The notes beneath the pieces are model-generated. The model was given only the letters and a program-made list of their open reading frames with translations. It was not told the DNA's origin and did not search any database. A stretch of 44,037 bases of DNA from an uncultured Bacilli bacterium (lineage in GTDB: Bacteria; Bacillota_I; Bacilli_A; RF39; UBA660). The position numbers and the translations under genes are program-made. Position 1 is the stretch's first letter, and the number at the start of each line of letters is the position of its first letter. Shown one piece after another: positions 18,160 to 28,426 of the stretch. The DNA lies in assembly GCA_944359075.1 (NCBI GenBank), contig CALVSR010000003.1, forward strand, positions 1-44,037, in the 5' to 3' direction.

Positions 18160-18777
18160 ATGAATAAAATAATAGTCAAAGCAAAGAAAAGCATTACGAA
18201 TCAAAAAAAGAAATATCTATTTTTAACTACCATTATTTCGATTGGAATCCTAAGTGGTATTCTATTTATCTTTTTTATCTCTAAGGAGGACAAGTCATTA
18301 GTAAAAACAGAATTAACTACTTTTTTTACTTATATTCAAACCAATGATATTCATTATCTAACAGCATTTACGAATAGTCTATTTTCTAATCTTACTTACT
18401 TAGTAATAATCTGGATATTAGGTATTTCGATTGCTGGAATTCCTATTATTATTTTTCTATTATTTTTTAAAGGATTTATTTTTGGATTTAGTTTTTCAGC
18501 AGTAATTGCAAATTATGGAGTAAAAGGAATTTTATTATCTATGGCTTATCAATTACCACATGCCTTGTTCTTATTGATTATTTTTTTATTAATTGGTTTT
18601 TATGCCATCAATTTTTCTATTCGTTTATTTAGAAACTTATTTTTAAAAGAACAAATCAATCTAGGACCTTATTTTAAAAGATATAATCAAATAGCTATTA
18701 TTAGCATTATAGGTATTTTGATTTGTTCCTTATTAGAAACCTTTTTATCACCGGTTTTCATGAACTTTTTCTTGTAA
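18160..18777 (+). CDS. spoIIM: Stage II sporulation protein M family membrane protein
   Basis: IWILGISIAGIPII..LLFFKGFIFGFS, LPH and LET..SP motifs; about 5 TM helices. Confidence 0.8.
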   Translation: MNKIIVKAKKSITNQKKKYLFLTTIISIGILSGILFIFFISKEDKSLVKTELTTFFTYIQTNDIHYLTAFTNSLFSNLTYLVIIWILGISIAGIPIIIFLLFFKGFIFGFSFSAVIANYGVKGILLSMAYQLPHALFLLIIFLLIGFYAINFSIRLFRNLFLKEQINLGPYFKRYNQIAIISIIGILICSLLETFLSPVFMNFFL

Positions 18778-18800
18778 AGAAATATAGAAAAAAGTATAAT
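18772..18800 (+). promoter_or_regulatory. SigA promoter of mnmA
   Basis: TTGTAA-N17-TATAAT. Confidence 0.6.
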
Positions 18801-18821
18801 ATGATATAGCAGGTGAAGTTT

Positions 18822-19928
18822 ATGAAAAGAGTAGTAATTGGAATGAGTGGAGGAGTGGATAGTAGCGTCAGTGCTATTTTATTAAAGCAACAAGGATATG
18901 AAGTAGTCGGTTTATTTATGAGAAATTGGGATACTTCTGTAAATGGTGATATTTTAGGAAATCCGAATTTGGATCATAATATTTGTCCTCAAGAGCAGGA
19001 TTACAATGATGCTTTAGCTGTATGTAATAAGATTGGTATTCCTCTACATAGAGTTGATTTTGTGAAAGAATATTGGGATAATGTATTTGAATATTTTTTA
19101 AGTGAATTAAAAGAAGGTAGAACACCAAATCCAGATGTTATGTGCAATAAATATATTAAATTCGATTATTTTATTAGAGAAGCTCAAAAATTAGGAGCAG
19201 ATTATATTGCTACAGGTCATTATGCAAGAATTCAAGATGGACAATTATTAAGAGCGATAGATTCTAATAAAGACCAAACTTATTTTTTATCACAGCTATC
19301 TAAAAAGCAGTTAGAAAATGTTTTATTTCCAATCGGAGATTTAGAAAAGAAAGAAGTAAGAAAAATAGCTGAAGAATATGATTTAGTTACTGCTTCTAAA
19401 AAAGACTCTACAGGAATTTGTTTTATTGGGGAAAGAAACTTTAAAAATTTCTTAAAAAATTACTTACCCAATCAACCTGGAAAAGTTATTAATATTGAAA
19501 CCAATGAAGTGGTTGGAGAGCATATTGGACTAATGTATTATACGATAGGGCAGAGAAGGGGACTAGATATAGGAGGAACCGATAGTAGAATGTTTGTAGT
19601 TGGAAAAAACTTAGAAAAAAACATTCTATACATCGCTTTAGGAGAAGATAATGAGTATCTATACTCTGATAGTTGTATAATCGATACCATAAATTTTAAT
19701 ACTTCAGAACGTCCAACGCAATGTAGCGCTAAATTTAGATATCGTGCTCCTGATTATCCAGTAACTCTAGAGTATATAAATGATCATCAGATTTTAGTAA
19801 AGTATGATCGAATAAAAGCGGTTACCCCCGGACAAGCTTGCGTATTTTATGATGGAGAAAAATGTCTCGGTGGAGGAATTATCAAAACAGTATGTAAAAA
19901 CAATGAAAAACTTTGGTATATATTGTAA
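18822..19928 (+). CDS. mnmA: tRNA-specific 2-thiouridylase MnmA
   Basis: SGGVDS, TPNPDVMCN, ATGHYA, KDSTGICFIG and TPGQ motifs. Confidence 0.97.
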   Translation: MKRVVIGMSGGVDSSVSAILLKQQGYEVVGLFMRNWDTSVNGDILGNPNLDHNICPQEQDYNDALAVCNKIGIPLHRVDFVKEYWDNVFEYFLSELKEGRTPNPDVMCNKYIKFDYFIREAQKLGADYIATGHYARIQDGQLLRAIDSNKDQTYFLSQLSKKQLENVLFPIGDLEKKEVRKIAEEYDLVTASKKDSTGICFIGERNFKNFLKNYLPNQPGKVINIETNEVVGEHIGLMYYTIGQRRGLDIGGTDSRMFVVGKNLEKNILYIALGEDNEYLYSDSCIIDTINFNTSERPTQCSAKFRYRAPDYPVTLEYINDHQILVKYDRIKAVTPGQACVFYDGEKCLGGGIIKTVCKNNEKLWYIL

Positions 19929-19997
19929 AATAAATGTCAACTTTACTACTTGTATTTTTAAGTGAATGTGATAGAATGATATTAGGAGGTCATAGAT

Positions 19998-20768
19998 ATG
20001 CAGGATCTAAAAAAATTATTTTCAGAGCTTGGAATCTCAAAAGTTAGATTAGCTAAATATCTAGGAGTTTCTAGACAAATGCTTTATAACTATTTAGCTG
20101 AAGAAAAATTAGAAAATTGGCCAAAAGAAAAGGTAATGAAGATTCTATGTTTGCTAGGAATCAAAGATGTAAAAGATCTAGATAACATTAAAATAGATGG
20201 AGAATACATTATTCAAGTGGAGAACCGCTTGAATGATGGCGTAAAAGAAGATAACGGTAATTTTTATGGAACTGTGGAATTAAAAGGATTAAACAAAAAA
20301 GAACAAGAACTGTTATCGGATATTTTCCAATTATTAAAAGATAAAATGATTGAAGACAAAACAAAAGACGCTTATTATAGTTGCCGCTACTTATATTATT
20401 TTCTACAATCGATGGGTACTACAAAAGAATTGAAATATATCTTAGCTTATATTGCGAAGTCTATGGGATTTATCGATCATACGGAATATGCATTTAATGA
20501 GGAAAAGCAATTTATATTTGAAAGTATTATGTTTTCTGCTATGACATTATATAATAATGGAGGAGCTTCTAGAAGTAAAATAGCTGAAACGCATAAGCGA
20601 TTTGTACAAAAAATAGAACATGAAAAAGAAGAGGTTCTTAGTAGAACGCAAGAGTTAAATACAGCAAAAGTACAAGCCTTAAAAGAACTTGGTTATACCG
20701 AGATTAATAATGAAAATGCCAAAGAAATATTAGATAAAATAGCTGAAATTCAATCTAGAAAAGTATAG
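19998..20768 (+). CDS. N-terminal HTH domain protein of unknown function
   Basis: ISKVRLAKYLGVSRQMLYNY HTH; SD AGGAGG; TTGTAT...TGaTAGAAT promoter upstream. Confidence 0.7.
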   Translation: MQDLKKLFSELGISKVRLAKYLGVSRQMLYNYLAEEKLENWPKEKVMKILCLLGIKDVKDLDNIKIDGEYIIQVENRLNDGVKEDNGNFYGTVELKGLNKKEQELLSDIFQLLKDKMIEDKTKDAYYSCRYLYYFLQSMGTTKELKYILAYIAKSMGFIDHTEYAFNEEKQFIFESIMFSAMTLYNNGGASRSKIAETHKRFVQKIEHEKEEVLSRTQELNTAKVQALKELGYTEINNENAKEILDKIAEIQSRKV

Positions 20769-20798
20769 CAACTACCCCTAATGATGATACTTGAATCA

Positions 20799-20837
20799 TA
20801 AAACCCCAATTGAGTTCCATACTCAATCGGGGTTTTA
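20799..20837. terminator. Bidirectional terminator
   Basis: AAAACCCCAATTGAGT...ACTCAATCGGGGTTTT between convergent genes. Confidence 0.75.
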
Positions 20838-20841
20838 CTAT

Positions 20842-21723
20842 TTAACTGTCACTTTTTATCTTTCGATAGGCTTTTCCTTTTTCTAATTCTATATTATAAT
20901 GATCACACAACTCACTAATAGTTACAAATTTATATTCTTCCGTCAATTCTGGTAATATTTCATTTAACACTTCTATATCTACCTCATGAACAGCACTAGT
21001 ATCATGCATTAATATAATACATCCAGGTTCAATATAGTCCAGTATTTCTTGTTTGATTTGTTCTTTATCTTTGGTTTTCCAATCCTCTGTATCTATATTC
21101 CATAAAATAAAAGGATATTCGATATTCTCTTTTAGAGTATCATTCAAGCTACCATAAGGTGGTCTTACTAGACAAGAGGATTCTATTCCTAATGACGCAA
21201 TATAATCCATCGTATTAGTGATTTCTTGATTGACTTGATCTATACTTAATTTTGTAAAAGAAGTATGAGTATCTCCATGAATAGCTATTTCATGTCCAGA
21301 ATCAGAAATAGTAGTAAGTGCATCAGGATAATTTTCAGAATTACAACCCAAAACAAAGAAAGTGGATTTAACACCGTAAGAGTCAAGCACCTCGACTAAT
21401 TCTTCCGTATATTTGCTAGGACCATCATCAAAAGTAAGTGCTACTAGTCCTCTGTTGTCTTCTTCTACTGGTTCTTCGGTTGCTATAGAAGGTAGAGTGG
21501 GTGAGGGTAACACTTCCGTACTTTCATGAGTAGTTATAGTACTACTTTCGCTAGAAATCACTGGTGAAGAATTAGTATTCATCTCATTTTTTGTCTCTTG
21601 TTCTATTTTAATATCAAAATGTTTAGTTTCATCTGTCTTTTTTTCAAAACTACATCCAACTGAAGTACTAGATACTATTAATATAGTACCAATTCTCAAA
21701 ACTAAGTTCTTTATTTTTAGCAT
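20842..21723 (-). CDS. Polysaccharide deacetylase (NodB/CE4), probable lipoprotein
   Basis: ALTFDDGP, HEIAIHGDTH, RPPYG, DTEDWK and ILMHD motifs; lipobox-like SVGC. Confidence 0.92.
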   Translation of the reverse strand: MLKIKNLVLRIGTILIVSSTSVGCSFEKKTDETKHFDIKIEQETKNEMNTNSSPVISSESSTITTHESTEVLPSPTLPSIATEEPVEEDNRGLVALTFDDGPSKYTEELVEVLDSYGVKSTFFVLGCNSENYPDALTTISDSGHEIAIHGDTHTSFTKLSIDQVNQEITNTMDYIASLGIESSCLVRPPYGSLNDTLKENIEYPFILWNIDTEDWKTKDKEQIKQEILDYIEPGCIILMHDTSAVHEVDIEVLNEILPELTEEYKFVTISELCDHYNIELEKGKAYRKIKSDS

Positions 21724-21904
21724 GATAGACCTCTTTCTTTATAATTTGTAATTATACAATACATCATATTAAAAATTTATGCAATATCTAATAACAGCTA
21801 TCTTTTAATTAGTAGTGTTATGACTGCTATAAACATCATAAATAAACGATTTAATGGTTATCATAATAAATTAATCAAAAAAGACCAAACTAGTCTTAAA
21901 ATGA

Positions 21905-22384
21905 CTAAAAATGGTCTTTTTTTATTTCTTCTTTAATTCTATTCAATACATATTCCTTTTCATTAGGATATTTTGTATAAAAGGTTATTAATTTAATCTG
22001 AGCTTTATTACATATTTCTTTTACATTTTTATCTCTTTTTTTCCTTTTTGATTGATTGTGTGTACTGTCATTTAATTCTATTAATAATAATATTTCCTTG
22101 AAATCTTTACTAAATATTGCAAAATCAATATTTTTAAATAATTCGTTTCTATAACCCTTATTTTGTTTTTCTATAATTGTACCTAAATTTAATTGCGGTA
22201 TAATTTTGTATTCTTGTTCTAATTCTTGGATTTTATTATAAAAAAACAATTCTGTTTGTGTCATTAAATTTGTTTTTTTGTATTCATTTTCTGTTTTGTT
22301 TTTTTGTTTCTCATTTTCTGCTTTCGTTATTCCTAATATTTTCAATATCCAATTTATTATTTTATCAATCAGTTCATCTAGCAT
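21905..22384 (-). CDS. DUF2726 domain protein (PD-(D/E)XK-like fold)
   Basis: LMTQTE..F, PQ..L, IDF, LIELNDSTH...RKKRD motifs; SD favours ATG 22384. Confidence 0.8.
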   Translation of the reverse strand: MLDELIDKIINWILKILGITKAENEKQKNKTENEYKKTNLMTQTELFFYNKIQELEQEYKIIPQLNLGTIIEKQNKGYRNELFKNIDFAIFSKDFKEILLLIELNDSTHNQSKRKKRDKNVKEICNKAQIKLITFYTKYPNEKEYVLNRIKEEIKKDHF

Positions 22385-22385
22385 A

Positions 22386-22601
22386 TTATTTTTTCCTTTC
22401 AATAGTTATTTTTACGTTATGTTTTTTACACATTTCTAAAAAATCATTTAAATACATCCTGTTTCTTCCATTTTCTATATTATTGATACTATCTCTACTT
22501 CTTGAAAGTGTTATTCCAAATTCTTTTTGATTTAATTCGGTCCATTCTCTTATCATTCTCACTATGTCTTTTGCTTGATAATTATTCGCAATTATTTTCA
22601 T
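22386..22601 (-). CDS. XRE-family HTH protein
   Basis: IREWTELNQKEFG..LSRSRDSINNIENGR; SD AGGAGTGAGG favours ATG 22601. Confidence 0.8.
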   Translation of the reverse strand: MKIIANNYQAKDIVRMIREWTELNQKEFGITLSRSRDSINNIENGRNRMYLNDFLEMCKKHNVKITIERKK

Positions 22602-22986
22602 TTCCTCACTCCTTGTTATAAGATTACCAATAATACTCAAAAAAAGTTTAAATTGAGTATTATCAGTACCCAGAGAGAAGAGGTCAAGAAATAGAAATTA
22701 AATGCATATTAAAAGAGAAAATAAGTAAATCAGGAAAACCCTATATAATTTTAGTAATTCATATAACAGATACCTGTAAGAAAAATATTTTTTTAGAACT
22801 CACTGAAATGGAATTACTAAAAATGAGAAAAGAAATTGAAAATAACGATATCTTAGAATACTCAGATTTAATCAATCTGTTATTTAAAGGAGATTTGTTC
22901 AATCTATTATCTGTTGCCAGTTCACATACATTATTTTTTACATCATATTTAAACAGTAAAAGAAACAAATTAAAGAAAGATAAATA

Positions 22987-23014
22987 GCTTCGTATAATTG
23001 ATATTATGTTAACT
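22987..23014 (+). other. dif: dif-like Xer recombination site (chromosome dimer resolution)
   Basis: GCTTCGTATAA-TTGATA-TTATGTTAACT has the 11-6-11 layout and closely resembles B. subtilis dif (ACTTCCTAGAA-TATATA-TTATGTAAACT) and E. coli dif. It is intergenic, lies at the gene-orientation switch and is near xerD. Confidence 0.85.
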
Positions 23015-23593
23015 TACAAAACAATTTCATAATTGATTTGATTTATAACTCTATATCTACTTAGTTATAATTAGTATTTGGTATGAATGTTATTCAATAA
23101 TAGAATACCGATTGATTATATAGATATATTTACTGGCGTAATATATAATTTGAAATTATAACAATTATTTATATATTAAATTATTAATATTTATTTATCT
23201 AACCATAATATTTGCTAACATATATATAATAATCGAATTCATTACTGTATTCATTGTGATTTATTTTGAAATGATAAGACATATTATGATTAATGATAAT
23301 CTCCTTAATCTAAAATAAATAGGATTATAAGATTCCAATTTCCCCTCTTCCAGTTTTCATATAAAATACAGTAGGGGAAGAGTACAGAAAAATTTTATAA
23401 GAATACATGAATAGTAACGAATTATGATGATGAAATAAACATAAGAAATTGATTATTAAAATGAACAAATCATAATAGTAATTATTACAGTTTGATAATA
23501 AAGCAAAAGTGTAGAATATAAAAAGAACCAATTTAGCTAACTATTTGGCATCTTAGCTATAAATTTCCTTTTCTACTCTACTCTCCTACTCTA

Positions 23594-24760
23594 TTATTTT
23601 AACTGTTCTAAAAAGCTTTTTCCAATAAAAGGTTTGCTTACTTCAAAATTTTCTGCAATGGTTGCTCCTATATCTGCCATAGAGTCCAAAATATCCAACT
23701 TTTTTGGTTCTTTTAAATTTCTTCCATAAATAATCACTGGAACATTTTCTCTAGTATGATCAGAGCCTTTGAATGTAGGATCACAACCATGATCTGCAGT
23801 AATGATTAATAAATCATCTGTTTCCAACTTGTTTAAAATCATAGGTATTTCTACATCTAATTCTTCAATTGCTTTTGCATATCCTTCTACATCTCTATTA
23901 TGTCCAAACTCACTATCAAAATCGTTTAAATTAATAGCACAAAGACCTGTAAAATTCTTGGTCATAATATCACTTAATTTATTTAAAGCTTCATTATTAT
24001 TACGTGCCTTAATGGTCTTAGTAATCCCTTCATGATCAAAAATATCAGCAACTTTACCTATAGAAATCACACTATAATTATTTTCCTTTAAAAAATTCAT
24101 TACACTCATAGTAGGTGGTTTTAATGCATAATCTTGTCTCTCATTTGTAAATCTAAAATTTCCTGGTTTACCTGTAAAAGGTCTCGCGATAACTCTACCA
24201 ATTTTCCATTCTTCTCTTAAAGTAATTCGTCTAATTTTCTCAGCATAATCATATAATTTTGCAACTGGTATTACATTTTCGTGGGCAGCAATCTGCAAAT
24301 TAGAACCATTAGAAGTATAAATAATTAAGAAACCATGTTCCATTTGTCTTTCCCCTAACTCATTAATGATATCAATACCATTAGAGTTTTTATTACCAAT
24401 TACTCTTCTTCCCGTTATATATTCTATTTGATCTAGAAGTTCTCTAGGGAATCCTGTCTCTGTAAAGGATTTAAACTGAATATCGTTTTTAACCCCCATA
24501 ATTTCATAATGACCATTTAAAGTATCTTTTCCAGGATTAGTAGGTCTCGCAATAGTATAATAAGCTTCTACATTATTATTTTCATCCATATTAATAGTAT
24601 TTAGAAAACCCAATTTTTTTAAATTAGGAATAAATAAATCGTACTGTTCTTTAATATGTCCTAATGTATTAGCTCCATTATCATTATAATTGGTAGCATC
24701 TAGTGCTTCCCCTACTCCTAAAGAATCTAATATTAATAAAAATATTCTTTTAAATTTCAT
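23594..24760 (-). CDS. deoB: Phosphopentomutase
   Basis: LDSLGVG, GKDT..GHYE, GRVIARPF, DFD..FGH, TADHGCDP and DHTRE motifs; follows xerD as in Bacillus. Confidence 0.95.
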   Translation of the reverse strand: MKFKRIFLLILDSLGVGEALDATNYNDNGANTLGHIKEQYDLFIPNLKKLGFLNTINMDENNNVEAYYTIARPTNPGKDTLNGHYEIMGVKNDIQFKSFTETGFPRELLDQIEYITGRRVIGNKNSNGIDIINELGERQMEHGFLIIYTSNGSNLQIAAHENVIPVAKLYDYAEKIRRITLREEWKIGRVIARPFTGKPGNFRFTNERQDYALKPPTMSVMNFLKENNYSVISIGKVADIFDHEGITKTIKARNNNEALNKLSDIMTKNFTGLCAINLNDFDSEFGHNRDVEGYAKAIEELDVEIPMILNKLETDDLLIITADHGCDPTFKGSDHTRENVPVIIYGRNLKEPKKLDILDSMADIGATIAENFEVSKPFIGKSFLEQLK

Positions 24761-24766
24761 TTTTAA

Positions 24767-25693
24767 TCACTCTTTCTCTTTTCGCGGATGATATTGATCG
24801 TAATCTTGTTTAATCTTTTGATTTGTGATATGGGTATAAATTCTAGTTGTTGCTATATCGCTATGCCCTAGCATTTCCTGAATAATTCTTAAATCAGCCC
24901 CGTATTCTAATAAATGGGTTGCAAAGCTATGTCTTAGAGTATGAGGAGAAACATTAGGATTTAATCCCTTTTGTAATAAAAGTTTTTTTAAAACTTTAAA
25001 AAAGCCTTCTCTGCTGATTCTTCCTCCCCTACTATTTAAAAAAAGTTCTTGTGTGTGTTTGTTTTTTAGTAAGATAGGTCTTTGCTTTAAATATTGATTT
25101 AATGACTCAATTACATAGTCATTGATAGGAACAATTCTTTCCTTATCTCCCTTTCCAACACAACGAATCGTACAATTAATCGTATCAATATCATTAATGG
25201 TTAAACTAATTAATTCACTAATTCTAAGGCCTGTTCCATACAACAATTCTAGCATACATTTATTCCGATAGTCAAATGGGGTGATTAATTCTATATCTAG
25301 CAGTCGATTTACTTCCTCCACCGTTAAGGTATTGGGTAACTTTTTGGTTAATTTAGGGCGTCCTATACTTTCGGCAATATCGCAAGTAGTATAACCATTT
25401 TGTAGTAAAAATTTATGATAATTTTTAACTGTTGTTAAATAATGAGCGATGGTTTGAGAACTTAAGTTTCTATGTTTCAAATGGTCTAAAAAAAGCATAA
25501 TATCTGTTTTGGTTATTTGAGAAACATCCTCTTTTTTTTGATTTGTCAAAAATTTTTGATACTCCATTAATTCCTGCTGATAGGAATAATAGGTGTTAGT
25601 GGAAAGATGTAATTCGGCTATCAAACTATCGATATAGTCTTTTTGCGTTTTTTGGATTGAATTTTTCCTTTGCTTTTCAAAAACTTCATTCAT
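24767..25693 (-). CDS. xerD: Tyrosine recombinase XerD
   Basis: TGLRISEL, GKGDKER, HTLRHSFATHLL, LGH and Y catalytic residues, YHPR C-terminus; xerD-deoB synteny. Confidence 0.88.
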   Translation of the reverse strand: MNEVFEKQRKNSIQKTQKDYIDSLIAELHLSTNTYYSYQQELMEYQKFLTNQKKEDVSQITKTDIMLFLDHLKHRNLSSQTIAHYLTTVKNYHKFLLQNGYTTCDIAESIGRPKLTKKLPNTLTVEEVNRLLDIELITPFDYRNKCMLELLYGTGLRISELISLTINDIDTINCTIRCVGKGDKERIVPINDYVIESLNQYLKQRPILLKNKHTQELFLNSRGGRISREGFFKVLKKLLLQKGLNPNVSPHTLRHSFATHLLEYGADLRIIQEMLGHSDIATTRIYTHITNQKIKQDYDQYHPRKEKE

Positions 25694-25795
25694 AATATCA
25701 CCATCTATTATATTGTACCATGTATTAACCTCTAAAACCAGTTTCATTGCTATTTTAAATTACATGTAGTAGAATAGAGCTAGGTGATAAACAGT

Positions 25796-28336
25796 ATGAA
25801 CAAAATCAAAAAATTTTGGCAAAATAATTCTGAAATAAAAATTCATTGCTTACTATTAATTTTCTTTGGCCTTTTAGCGACTTTTTTAATTACAAAGTTT
25901 GAATTTGTATTTGGTTCTAATGTCGATTGGTTAAAACAACACATAGCTTTTCCAGATTACTTTAGAAATTTATTTTATCAAACAGGCGATTTATTTCCTG
26001 ATTTTGCTACCCACTTAGGAGCTGGACAAAATATATTTTATTTTGCCTATTATGGATTATATAGTCCTATCATTATGATTTCTTATTTATTACCTTTTAT
26101 TCCCATGGGCGTTTATATTATGGTTAGTAGTGTCTTACTTGTCATTCTCTCTACTTTATTATTATATTATTTTTTGAAAAAAAACAAACTATCAAATTCC
26201 ATTTGTTTTTTCTCTTCTTTATTACTACTGTTTTCGAGTAGTTATGTATTTCACAGTCATCGCCACATCATGTTTGTCAATTATATGCCATTTTTAATCT
26301 TAGCTTTAATTGGAGTATGGCGCTATTTTGAAAAGAAGAAAAGTGGATTATTAGTAATTAGTGCTTCTCTCATGATTTTAACTAGTTATTATTATAGTGT
26401 GGGTGGTTTCCTTACAATCTGTCTTTATGCCTTATATTACTATTTAAAACAACAGAAAAAGAACTCTTTAAAAAATTTCTTTATCGCAATGTTTCAGTTT
26501 TTAGCTAGAATTTTACTATCTATTTTATTATCTGCGTTTTTACTATTTCCAGTAATATATGTAATTATCCATGGTAGAAGTAACAGCACTGTTAGTTTTG
26601 ATTTTTCTCTATTAAAACCCCATATAAGTTTAGATTATCTCATGTATGGTACCTATGGAATGGGATTAGTAGCAATTTTTTGGATTGCTATTGTTTATCA
26701 TATGATATTTTCTAAAAAAGAATATAAGGTAATTACCATCTTACTTAGTATCTTAATCACTATCCCTATTTTTAATTATATCCTAAATGGTGGGCTATAT
26801 TTGAATGGTAAAGTATGGATTCCTCTTTTACCTCTAGGAATATTTTTAATAGCTAGTATGATTCAAATTCTACCTAGTCAAAAAAAATCTTGGAAATGGT
26901 TCTTACGGCTTCTCTTAGGTAGTGCTTTCCTACTGATAGGAATTTCAAAAGATGCTACCTACTATTATTTTTATGGAGAACTGTTAGTTACTTTTCTTCT
27001 GCTATGGATCTATCAGAAAAAAAAGAGATTTTATATTTTAACACCAATTCTAATAGCTGCAGCCATTACTTTTTATAACAACAATATAAATGATGATCTA
27101 GTAACTATAACAGAATATCAAAAACAACAATCTTACTACCAGTATGATGTTTTAAATTATATCAATCAAGATACAGATACTATTTATCGTTATCAGGATG
27201 ATTTAAGTGGAGCAAATGGCATGAATTTTTCTTATGGAACATTAGATTATAGAACTACCCTATACTCTTCTACCATCAATCCTAATTATTCACAAAATTT
27301 TTATTCTACTTTTAACAATAATGATCTTTATCGAAACCATTTCATGTTAGCTCAAACCAATAATCTCTTCTTTCAAAATTTTATGGGCATACGTTATTTA
27401 TTAACCAATCAAGAACCACCGGTTGGTTATCAGCCAATCAAAGAATATAAAGATGGAATTTTATATGAAAACCCTAATGTCTATCCAATTGGATTCAGTA
27501 GCAGTCATATTTTAAGTAGCAAAGACTATCAAGATTTATCCTATATTGAAAAACTAGAAGCTTACCAAAATAACATCATTGTTTCTGTAGATAGTCAAAA
27601 CGAAAATTTAGAATTTACTCATTCAGAAAGTACTTTGAATACCACAATAGAAAGCCAAGAAAATATTTCTTTTGAAAAAACTGCTAATGGTTATCAAATA
27701 GAAAGTCAAAAAAATGGAAAAATAGTATTAAATTTAGAAAAACCAATATCTGATACCAGTCTTATAATTCAGTTCAAAATGAATTATATTCCTAGTTGTA
27801 AAGAAGGCGATACAGCCATAACTATCAACGGTATTATGAACAAACTAACTTGTCGTACTTGGAAATATTATAACCAAAATGAAACTTTTGATTATGTTCT
27901 TTCTAGCAATCATGAAATAGGTCAGTTAGTCATCGAGTTTGCCAAAGGAACTTATGATATTTCTGATATTGTTTTATATGAAATTCCTAACGAATTCTTT
28001 AGGCAAGCCAAGGAAATCACACCTATTCATATTGATTTTTCTAAAACCAAGGGAGATTCCCTATATGGAAATATTGCAGTAGAAGAAGATGGCTATTTTC
28101 TATTTACCATACCGTATGATCAAGGATTTACTTTATATGTAGATGGTAAGGAAACAGAAATTGAGTGCGTAAATGATATGTTCATAGGATTCCCAATTCA
28201 GACAGGAAATCATAGTATTCATTTAGAATTTACTGCTCCCTACTCCACTTCGGGAATTATCATCACTACCATAAGTGCTTTGGGTTTGATTGGTTTGATG
28301 ATATTCGAAAATAAGAAACTAAAAAGGAAAAAGTAG
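25796..28336 (+). CDS. yfhO: YfhO-family membrane glycosyltransferase
   Basis: DW..QH..F..Y, G.GQN....AYYGLYSP, many TM helices, C-terminal TIPYDQGF...VDG motif. Confidence 0.8.
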   Translation: MNKIKKFWQNNSEIKIHCLLLIFFGLLATFLITKFEFVFGSNVDWLKQHIAFPDYFRNLFYQTGDLFPDFATHLGAGQNIFYFAYYGLYSPIIMISYLLPFIPMGVYIMVSSVLLVILSTLLLYYFLKKNKLSNSICFFSSLLLLFSSSYVFHSHRHIMFVNYMPFLILALIGVWRYFEKKKSGLLVISASLMILTSYYYSVGGFLTICLYALYYYLKQQKKNSLKNFFIAMFQFLARILLSILLSAFLLFPVIYVIIHGRSNSTVSFDFSLLKPHISLDYLMYGTYGMGLVAIFWIAIVYHMIFSKKEYKVITILLSILITIPIFNYILNGGLYLNGKVWIPLLPLGIFLIASMIQILPSQKKSWKWFLRLLLGSAFLLIGISKDATYYYFYGELLVTFLLLWIYQKKKRFYILTPILIAAAITFYNNNINDDLVTITEYQKQQSYYQYDVLNYINQDTDTIYRYQDDLSGANGMNFSYGTLDYRTTLYSSTINPNYSQNFYSTFNNNDLYRNHFMLAQTNNLFFQNFMGIRYLLTNQEPPVGYQPIKEYKDGILYENPNVYPIGFSSSHILSSKDYQDLSYIEKLEAYQNNIIVSVDSQNENLEFTHSESTLNTTIESQENISFEKTANGYQIESQKNGKIVLNLEKPISDTSLIIQFKMNYIPSCKEGDTAITINGIMNKLTCRTWKYYNQNETFDYVLSSNHEIGQLVIEFAKGTYDISDIVLYEIPNEFFRQAKEITPIHIDFSKTKGDSLYGNIAVEEDGYFLFTIPYDQGFTLYVDGKETEIECVNDMFIGFPIQTGNHSIHLEFTAPYSTSGIIITTISALGLIGLMIFENKKLKRKK

Positions 28337-28338
28337 CT

Positions 28339-28368
28339 AAAAACTTCCATTTTATAGTGGAAGTTTTT
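28339..28368 (+). terminator. Rho-independent terminator
   Basis: AAAACTTCCA...TGGAAGTTTTT. Confidence 0.65.
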
Positions 28369-28426
28369 GATTAGGAAGATAGTATTTTTTAGAAATCTTT
28401 GCTAAAATAGATTTGTGGTGATAAGA

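Noticed and set aside
23120-23300. Additional dif-like sites (~23132-23159 and ~23267-23294)
   Set aside because: Each matches only one arm, poorly, in very AT-rich DNA.
24767-25693. Tyrosine recombinase as the island's integrase
   Set aside because: Its sequence and xerD-deoB synteny indicate housekeeping XerD, and it lies about 7 kb from the island.
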